Sequence record: SRR20825010_4175
DNA length: 37,584 nt
Direction: 5' to 3' (one strand)
Of this stretch, positions 1 through 6,625 are shown one piece after another (the first letter of the stretch is position 1; every line of letters starts with the position of its first letter). Below the pieces are notes generated by a model. The model was given only the letters and a program-made list of their open reading frames with translations, ran no database searches and was not told the origin of the DNA. A program made the translations under genes and the position numbers.

Positions 1-264
1 TTCTTGTGTATCATCATTAGTTGTTGGAGTGGCAGTATCGTTAATAGTTACTTGAATTTCAAGTCTTAAAATGCTTTCACAACCATTTAAAATTTGAGCA
101 CCATAATAGCTTGTATTATCTGCTAAAGGATCTGTAGGATCGTATAAATTTCCACCTGTTGGTGCATCATACCATACTACTGTAGTTTCATTCACATCAA
201 GATCTGCTATAGTTGGTTCTTCAACAGCGCAGAATTCTTGAGTATCATCATTCGTTGTTGGTGC
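1..264 (-). repeat. Intragenic 234-nt (78-aa) repeat unit, with the start of a second copy
   Basis: ttcttg(t/a)gtatcatcatt..ttgttgg occurs at 1 and at 235; both encode PTTNDDTQE. Confidence 0.8.
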
Positions 265-1380
265 ATCAGGACCTAAAACGGAGATGTCATATACATTAAG
301 TCTTTGATCAACATTTACACCTAATAATGAAGAAAGGCTTATAATAACTCTATCAAAAGCTAATCCTGGTTCAAATACTATTGTTGCTTTATCGCCATTT
401 TGTAATAATGTAAGCAAATCAAGGTTTAAAACAGAAGAAAGGTCTGTTGAATAAACTAATGTAGGGCCGTTATAAGCGCTAACATTTACATTGTTTAATA
501 GGCCAAGTGTTACTAGAGCCGCGTCAGTACTTAATGTTACAGAAAATTCGTCTGTTGGCGAGTAAGTTGTAGGGAAATACACATTTTGTTGCATAGATGC
601 TAATACACCAAGTATTCCTAAACTTATTTCAGAGTGAGTATCTAAATCATTATCTAGCACTAAATGAGGATCTGTAACTCCAGCTCCACCAATTTTAAGA
701 AGGTCTAAAGTAATACCAGTACCGTCGTAATCTGTAAAAAGAGGGTCTAACTCACATTGGTTGTTATCAAAATAAAATGCGTGATAAACTTCCATGCTAT
801 TCGTTCTTCCAAGAAGTAACGCATCAGTTCTGTCTTCAATATAAATTCTATTATATGCTTGATCTGGAGTTATGGCAACATAAAAATCTCCATTTTTATC
901 TTGAACAACTCTAAGTCTTCCGTCTGATGGAGGTGTAATTGAAGATCCTGAAAATACTGTAGTACTTCCGTTTCGTGCTTCAATATTGAAATAGTGATTC
1001 CCAAGAATAACGGTTTCTAATATATCTGCTAGTAAGCCACCTAAGCTTCCTCCAAGCAATGAATTTAGCAAGTCTTCTTCTATATCTATTCTTACAAATG
1101 TAGTAGTGTTTGCTGGAACTAAGCCTGGATACTGAAGTTCTAACTTACCACTATAAGCGAGGGCGCCACCAATAATCCCACCGTAGGAGTTTAATGTCGC
1201 CGAAAGTCCATTTTCTGCAATTGCGAAATTAGGATTGTCTACATGTGAACTAGAAATTACACTGTTTGCAATCACTTTGTTTTGTGATAAAGCAGTATGT
1301 GTAGTTAAGAGGAAAAAAAACAGCAATATGAAGGGTTTAAGTAGCCCATAATACCTCTGTGGGGGTAGTGATTTTTTCAT
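1..1380 (-). CDS. Large secreted/surface protein, 5' part (runs off the window); probable T9SS adhesin with tandem ~78-aa Ig-like repeats
   Basis: Not in ORF track. Open frame from ATG at 1380 to position 1: MKKSLPPQRYYGLLKPFILLFFFLLTTHTALSQ (signal peptide), then a Leu/Gly-rich region, then APTTNDDTQEFCAVEEPTIADLDVNETTVVWYDAPTGGNLY...CES...TATPTTNDDTQE. The WYDAPTGG motif is typical of CHU_C-associated Ig-like repeats. The C-terminal sorting domain lies outside the window. Confidence 0.85.
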   Translation of the reverse strand, partial: MKKSLPPQRYYGLLKPFILLFFFLLTTHTALSQNKVIANSVISSSHVDNPNFAIAENGLSATLNSYGGIIGGALAYSGKLELQYPGLVPANTTTFVRIDIEEDLLNSLLGGSLGGLLADILETVILGNHYFNIEARNGSTTVFSGSSITPPSDGRLRVVQDKNGDFYVAITPDQAYNRIYIEDRTDALLLGRTNSMEVYHAFYFDNNQCELDPLFTDYDGTGITLDLLKIGGAGVTDPHLVLDNDLDTHSEISLGILGVLASMQQNVYFPTTYSPTDEFSVTLSTDAALVTLGLLNNVNVSAYNGPTLVYSTDLSSVLNLDLLTLLQNGDKATIVFEPGLAFDRVIISLSSLLGVNVDQRLNVYDISVLGPDAPTTNDDTQEFCAVEEPTIADLDVNETTVVWYDAPTGGNLYDPTDPLADNTSYYGAQILNGCESILRLEIQVTINDTATPTTNDDTQE

Positions 1381-1612
1381 AATAGAAAATTTATTTTCAA
1401 TGATTTATAAGGTGTTCATCAATTAGGGAATCGAAATTTTTATCTTTTTTTATTTCAAAAATGAAGTTTGAAAAGATAAGGCTAGTAACTTTTTAAAAAT
1501 TTAAAAGAATGAGAGTTGTTGTAAGTGTCTGAAATTTAGTGTCATCTCGTTTTTTTTGCATTTAATTGGGTTGTTTTAATTATTTAATCGATGTAATGCG
1601 TTTTTTACGGTT

Positions 1613-1620
1613 CAAAAGTA
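1613..1620 (-). promoter_or_regulatory. Bacteroidota sigma70 -7 box (TACTTTTG), candidate promoter of the surface-protein gene with a ~225-nt leader
   Basis: Matches TAnnTTTG on the minus strand. Confidence 0.5.
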
Positions 1621-2128
1621 CTAAAAAAAACCAAAAAGAAATGTTAAAATGTCTCAAAATGAGAATCTTTATGAAGAAATCTAAAAAAAAGGAAGCTTTT
1701 GGAGCTAAATAAAAGGTGAGAAAATTATACTGGCATAAAGTGCAATAAATCAATGATTTGGAGCAAAGATTAATTTTCAATTTATTTTATACACTTTAAA
1801 TGATAGAAGTGTGTTAAAGAGAATATTGAAAAATTATTGCACTTTCATGACAGTTAATAAAATGTTAAAACACTAAAAGCTAAAAGATGCTTTTTTTAGT
1901 GAATATTTATATTAAAGAAATAAAAAAAAGTTGGTTATAAAAGACTGTGTTTTAATGGGTCTTTTAATAAAATAGAGCCGCTGTATATAAAATACTTAGT
2001 AGTGGCGCCATAGTTTTTAATCAAAAAAAATAAGTAAACAAATTAAAACTTTGTTATTAAAAGCTTACCTCCCCCGAGATTTCACTTACATAATTAAATT
2101 TGTTTTATCTTTTTAGTTTGACTTAAAT

Positions 2129-2154
2129 AAAAAACCAACTCTCTCTTGGTTTTT
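2129..2154 (-). terminator. Weak intrinsic terminator-like hairpin
   Basis: 9-bp inverted repeat AAAAACCAA/TTGGTTTTT, 7-nt loop, only two GC pairs. Confidence 0.5.
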
Positions 2155-2200
2155 AAATGTGTTCTAGGAAAAACCTGATTAAACTAAAATCACATTTAAG
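2129..2200 (-). ncRNA. Candidate sRNA A (hairpin plus terminator-like hairpin)
   Basis: Stem TTAAATGTG/CACATTTAA (2153-2199) with inner TTTTAG/CTAGAA, followed directly by AAAAACCAA-GAGAGAG-TTGGTTTTTT; lies ~40 nt downstream of a direct-repeat site. Confidence 0.45.
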
Positions 2201-2238
2201 TCGTAAACTTCTTACATTTAATCTGTATAAAAAAAAGA

Positions 2239-2267
2239 TTGTGAAGTATTGGTTGTTTTTTGTGAAG
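2239..2267 (-). promoter_or_regulatory. Putative LytTR binding site (direct repeat CTTCACAA x2, 21-bp period)
   Basis: Plus-strand ttgtgaag at 2239-2246 and 2260-2267, immediately past the stop codon of the LytTR regulator; spacing fits the known LytTR direct-repeat architecture. Confidence 0.6.
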
Positions 2268-2269
2268 GA

Positions 2270-2977
2270 TTATAGTTGTTTTAATTTAGACATAAAGTCC
2301 TCTTTATACGATTTTGATACCGGTATATTAATGGAGTTAACAACTACAGTGTTATTTGAAATAGCTTCTATATAACTTAAGTTGATTGCATAGCGCTGGT
2401 GAACCTGTGTTATGGTTTTAATAGGTAGCGCATTTATAAATGCCTTTAATTTATTTCTAACCGTATATTTTATTTTATTAAGATGTATGTCTATATAGTT
2501 GCCGTCAGACTTAATATAAAGCACTTTGTTTAAATCTATTTTAATTTTAAGTCCTTTGTTTTTAATATAAATATGTGGGTTATGTGAAGTTGTAGGTTCT
2601 TCATTTACACTAAAAGTTCTAAGTGCAATAGCTATTGTTGCAAGAAGTGTAGGTTCATTATAGGGTTTCATTAGGTACCCATTTGGCTTTAAATTGATTA
2701 ACTGGCTTAATGTGTTTGAATCGCCATATGCTGTAAGAAACACAATTGGTAATTCTTTTTCAGAACGTATTTGTTCTGCCAGCCAAATGCCATCTTTTTC
2801 GCCAGTTAAATTAATGTCTAAAAGAACCAAATCAACAGATAGTTGATTTATGTCTGCCCATGCTTTTTCGGCACTTGCGGCGCTTCCAACTACTAAGAAA
2901 TTATTTGCTAATAACGTGTTTATCAATGCTGCACGGGCAACAGCCATATCTTCAACTATGTAAATTTTTTCTCTCAT
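2270..2977 (-). CDS. Response regulator, REC + LytTR domains
   Basis: IYIVED, DLVLLDINL (phospho-Asp), FLTA, YLMKP; C-terminal YIKSDGNY...QVHQRYAIN LytTR motifs; 4-bp overlap with the kinase stop. Confidence 0.93.
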   Translation of the reverse strand: MREKIYIVEDMAVARAALINTLLANNFLVVGSAASAEKAWADINQLSVDLVLLDINLTGEKDGIWLAEQIRSEKELPIVFLTAYGDSNTLSQLINLKPNGYLMKPYNEPTLLATIAIALRTFSVNEEPTTSHNPHIYIKNKGLKIKIDLNKVLYIKSDGNYIDIHLNKIKYTVRNKLKAFINALPIKTITQVHQRYAINLSYIEAISNNTVVVNSINIPVSKSYKEDFMSKLKQL

Positions 2978-4947
2978 GTTCCGCTAAATTGTATTGTTAT
3001 CTTTATTCCATTTTCATTAATGAGTTTCATCGTGCCATTCATTTCTTCGGCTAACATATCTATGAGTCTAAAGCCCATCGTATTTGCAAGATTTTGCTGA
3101 TAGCCAGGAGGAAGCCCTTTGCCATTATCGCTGTAAGTAAATACATACTCAGTGTCATTATTTTTAGTGATATCTATTAAAATACTACCTTTTTCAGTAT
3201 CGAAAGCATATTTAAAAGAATTAGTTATTAATTCATTGACAATTAAGCCAATTGGGATTGCTTTATTGATAGATAAACTTATGTTTTCAGCGTTTACAGT
3301 AATTTTTACATCAAATTTATCATATGTATCGATGAGTTCGAGCGTTAGTTTTTTTAAATAGTCTGCAATATAAATTGAAGCACTATCCTCTTGGTTGTAT
3401 AGCATTTCGTGAATGGTTGCAATGCTGCTTATATGATTTTGTGTCTCTTCTAATAATAGAAGAGTGTCGTTGTTTTTAATTTTTGTTGATTGCAATTGAA
3501 GCAAGCCAGAAATTACTTGTAGGTTGTTTTTTACTCTATGGTGAACTTCTTTTAAGAGTATTTCTTTTTCTTTAACTGAAGCTTGTAATACTTTTTGTTG
3601 TGCTTCAATAATATTTTTGTTTTTTCTAGATTTATAATAGAGGTAGCTTATAATAAGAAATAAAATAACAGTAACCCAAATTACGAAGGCTTGCTGAGAA
3701 GCAATTTTTTCTTTTAAAAGCACTGTTTGTTGTGCTTTATGTAAATCCTCTTCTTTTTTTTGGATTTCGTATTTTACTTTTTCTACTAAATTGTCTCTCG
3801 CTATTTTTAATTGTTTTATTGAGTCATTAATTTTAGTAGCTTTTTCAAAATAAGCAATCGATTTTTTTGGCATCCTATTAATAAGGAGTGTTTTGCCTTT
3901 ATTATTGTAAATATCAATTCTTAATTTTGGGTTTATATGCCTGTTTATAGATGCAATTGCGCTATCAGCATATTGGTTTGCCAAAACGGCTTGGTTTAAA
4001 GCTAAATGTGTTTTAGATAAATTTAATAATACGGAAGATTTTATGGGGAATTCGCCTATGTTAATAGAGTGTTTTCGTTGTTCCTTAAATACACTTAGAG
4101 CTTTTTCATAGGATCCATTGTCAAAATCAATGGTGGCGATATTTCCCTTGATAACCATTTCAAAATATTTTTTATATGTATTAGGTTCTTTAGGGACATC
4201 TATTTTATTAGGTTTTTCTAGTTCAGTAAGCGCTTTTTGAAAGTAGCTAATTGCTTTAGTATTATTGTTTGTGCTGTAATAACACAAGCCAATATTGTTA
4301 TACATACTAGAAACATAAAGTTGATTTCCGATTGAATCGAAAACTTTTAATTGCTTAAAAAAGTGTTTAGCGGCCAATTCATAATTTTCAACTTTATAAT
4401 TAATCATACCAATATCATAACTATGGGTAAATCCTTTTGCCCTCCAACCTTGATCAAGGTCTTGATATTTTTCTAGTAATGGAATGAGTTTTGTTATTTC
4501 ATTATGTGCATCGAGGTTTCTGTAGGTATTATGAAGAATTCCTAGAATTTTATTCATTTCTCGAGGTGTATAGTGCCTTTCAAAACCTAATAGCTGATTT
4601 CCTAATTTAAGTGTTTTTTCTTGGTTTTCAACTTTATAGGAAACCAATAGCTTTAATAAGTCATGCGATAAAATTTCTTTTAAAGTTCCACTTGCATGAC
4701 TCCAAACATCGGCTTTTTCAATTATTGGCACTAAGCTATAATGCATTTCTTTTTCAAGTGTGAAGTCAGTATTCCATAGTAATTCTTTGAGATTTTGAAC
4801 CTTTAAAAAATCCTTTCTTGCCTCAATTTCATTGGGTATTTCAGCAATAAGAGAATCCCACTTCGTTATAGAGGTTTGTGCAAAACTGCTATAACAAATT
4901 AAAAGAGTTATAAAAACTAATTTTCCGATGGTGCTATTTTTTTTAAT
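2974..4947 (-). CDS. Membrane sensor histidine kinase: signal peptide, TPR region, TM, HisKA_2, HATPase. True start uncertain (frame open to ATT at 4947; first in-frame ATG at 4746)
   Basis: EVHHRVKNNLQ H-box, NELITNSFKYAF N-box, DNGKG, GFRLI; TPR-like YNNIGLCYY; TM AFVIWVTVILFLIISYLYY. The 67 open codons upstream of 4746 encode IKKNSTIGKLVFITLLICYSSFAQ... Confidence 0.88.
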   Translation of the reverse strand: MKKNSTIGKLVFITLLICYSSFAQTSITKWDSLIAEIPNEIEARKDFLKVQNLKELLWNTDFTLEKEMHYSLVPIIEKADVWSHASGTLKEILSHDLLKLLVSYKVENQEKTLKLGNQLLGFERHYTPREMNKILGILHNTYRNLDAHNEITKLIPLLEKYQDLDQGWRAKGFTHSYDIGMINYKVENYELAAKHFFKQLKVFDSIGNQLYVSSMYNNIGLCYYSTNNNTKAISYFQKALTELEKPNKIDVPKEPNTYKKYFEMVIKGNIATIDFDNGSYEKALSVFKEQRKHSINIGEFPIKSSVLLNLSKTHLALNQAVLANQYADSAIASINRHINPKLRIDIYNNKGKTLLINRMPKKSIAYFEKATKINDSIKQLKIARDNLVEKVKYEIQKKEEDLHKAQQTVLLKEKIASQQAFVIWVTVILFLIISYLYYKSRKNKNIIEAQQKVLQASVKEKEILLKEVHHRVKNNLQVISGLLQLQSTKIKNNDTLLLLEETQNHISSIATIHEMLYNQEDSASIYIADYLKKLTLELIDTYDKFDVKITVNAENISLSINKAIPIGLIVNELITNSFKYAFDTEKGSILIDITKNNDTEYVFTYSDNGKGLPPGYQQNLANTMGFRLIDMLAEEMNGTMKLINENGIKITIQFSGT

Positions 4948-5000
4948 TCATTTACATATGGAGCTTAATGTATAATACGAGTAGGTTAGGTATAGAAACT

Positions 5001-5008
5001 TAAAGTTA
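5001..5008 (-). promoter_or_regulatory. Variant -7 box (TAACTTTA), candidate promoter for the kinase/regulator operon
   Basis: TAnnTTTA about 50 nt upstream of the extended reading frame. Confidence 0.4.
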
Positions 5009-5153
5009 GGATAATTTTTTTTGAAAAATGAACTTTTTTTGTTTAAAAGCGTCAGTTTTATAGCTAAAAATGGTCAAAAATGTATTAATTGATTGTTTTT
5101 TACCTGAAATAGGTGTGAGTGGTAATACTGTTTTTTTTAATGTGTTTATTCAT

Positions 5154-5187
5154 AAAAAAACCTCCTACAGCACGCCGTAAGAGGTTT
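5154..5187 (-). terminator. Intrinsic terminator
   Basis: 13-14-bp stem with two G-U pairs, ending in a T7 run. Confidence 0.8.
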
Positions 5188-5229
5188 AACCTAGTCCCTA
5201 TTTTTCTCCCCAGAAATTTATCTTGACTA
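5154..5229 (-). ncRNA. Candidate sRNA B (~76 nt): GGGG-loop hairpin plus strong terminator
   Basis: Minus strand: TAGTC-AAGATAAA-TTTCT-GGGG-AGAAA-AATAGG-GACTA, then AAACCTCTTACGGC-GT-GCTGTAGGAGGTTT-TTTT; preceded by TAGCTTTG; no ORF. Confidence 0.6.
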
Positions 5230-5233
5230 AATT

Positions 5234-5241
5234 CAAAGCTA
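5234..5241 (-). promoter_or_regulatory. -7 box (TAGCTTTG) for candidate sRNA B
   Basis: Exact TAnnTTTG, a few nt upstream of the first hairpin. Confidence 0.6.
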
Positions 5242-5547
5242 AGATAGTCTGCTTTGGATTTTTAGTTTTACGGTTTTCCTTATTAAAAGGGTTTTATTTT
5301 TCAAACATTAAATTTACACGTAAGTTTAGCTTGCACACTTCCTAGATTGTCCAAAACAAGTGCAACTATAAAGAGAGTCTTGTGCGATATTATTTTAGCG
5401 TTTGCTATATTTAGTTGCTGTAAAGCGCGCTTTTACTCTTGTGAATCTTTAAAAACATTTGCTTTGTTGTTAATTATAATAAAACCTCGCACTGTCTGTT
5501 TGGGTTTATGAATGTGAAGTTGCAGTAAAAGTAGCAACAAATAGCAT

Positions 5548-5589
5548 AAAAAAAGAGGAATGAAAACGGTAGGTTTTTCATTCCTCTTA
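5548..5589 (-). terminator. Intrinsic terminator downstream of lipB
   Basis: AAGAGGAATGAAAA..TTTTCATTCCTCTT followed by a T run on the minus strand. Confidence 0.8.
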
Positions 5590-5732
5590 AAGTACTATAA
5601 ATTGCGAAATAATTGTACAACTGAACTAATCGATTGAACTTTCAAAAAAGGACTTTTCAGTATCTATTCTTAGTGAATTATCCTTTTAATTATTTTTAAT
5701 ATTGGAATTATTAAAAATAATCCAATGGTATT

Positions 5733-6446
5733 TTAAACGGCTGTTGAGCGTTTTATTTCAGCTTCAAAAAGTGTAAGAAAATGTTTTAATAATTTTCCTT
5801 CTACTTCTTTCATTGAAATACTAGTTTTGCCAAGTTCTACATTTAATGAAGTAACTGCTTTGCCTCTAATTCCGCAGGGAATCATATTGTCAAAATACCC
5901 TAAGTCTGTGTTAACATTTAACGCAAAACCATGCATGGTAACCCAACGGCTTGCGCGCACACCCATTGCGCATATTTTTCGAGCAAAAGGGGTGCCTACA
6001 TCAAGCCAAACACCGGTTTCGCCATTACTTCGCTCTGCTTTCAATCCATATTCAGCTAAAGTGAGAATAATCATTTCTTCGAGTAAACGAAGGTATTTAT
6101 GAATGTCTGTAAAAAAATTTTCTAAATCTATAATTGGATACCCCACAACTTGTCCTGGTCCATGATAGGTTATGTCGCCACCGCGATTTATTTTATAGAA
6201 TTTTGCGTCAATTTCTTTTAACTTTTCTTCAGAAATAAGTAAATTTTCTAAATGTCCACTTTTCCCAAGCGTATATACATGTGGATGTTCCACAAAAAGA
6301 AGATAATTAGGTGTTGTTTGAACAGTGCTTACTTTTCTGTTTGCACTTTTAATTTGAAGAATATTTTGAAAAAGTGATTCCTGAAACTCCCAAGTTTCTT
6401 TGTAGTCCTTTAGGCCTAAATTAATAATTTCAAGAGACTTATTCAA
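5733..6446 (-). CDS. lipB: Lipoyl(octanoyl) transferase
   Basis: EHPHVYTLGK, RGGDITYHGPGQ, RKICAMGV, TMHGFALN, IPCGI; TTG start. Confidence 0.97.
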   Translation of the reverse strand: MNKSLEIINLGLKDYKETWEFQESLFQNILQIKSANRKVSTVQTTPNYLLFVEHPHVYTLGKSGHLENLLISEEKLKEIDAKFYKINRGGDITYHGPGQVVGYPIIDLENFFTDIHKYLRLLEEMIILTLAEYGLKAERSNGETGVWLDVGTPFARKICAMGVRASRWVTMHGFALNVNTDLGYFDNMIPCGIRGKAVTSLNVELGKTSISMKEVEGKLLKHFLTLFEAEIKRSTAV

Positions 6447-6540
6447 TGTGTTGGTTTTTTTAAAATTGAGGGTAAAACTATCAATAAATTATATTTCAGT
6501 ATTCATTTTCTTGAATTTTGTGAATTTTTGCCATAAAACA

Positions 6541-6548
6541 CAAAGTTA
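6541..6548 (-). promoter_or_regulatory. -7 box (TAACTTTG) for lipB
   Basis: TAnnTTTG upstream of lipB; a divergent TATATTTA at 6585-6592 probably serves the protease gene. Confidence 0.6.
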
Positions 6549-6625
6549 GTTTCTTAATTATTCCTTAAATTGCTTAAAGGGTGTTATATTTACGCCTCTA
6601 AACATTCATAATAATTACGACTACA

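Noticed and set aside
1313..1320. A8 tract in the surface-protein signal peptide as a phase-variation switch
   Set aside because: A/T runs of 7-9 nt are common throughout this AT-rich window and the frame is intact
1580..1780. 66-aa ORF in the AT-rich spacer
   Set aside because: Low-complexity Phe/Leu/Lys product with no recognisable motif; overlaps the likely promoter
2157..2375. 72-aa plus-strand ORF
   Set aside because: Antisense to the LytTR gene end and the structured region; no family features
5154..5229. Known riboswitch upstream of the kinase gene
   Set aside because: No recognisable SAM-II, TPP, cobalamin or other aptamer consensus, and no evident antiterminator
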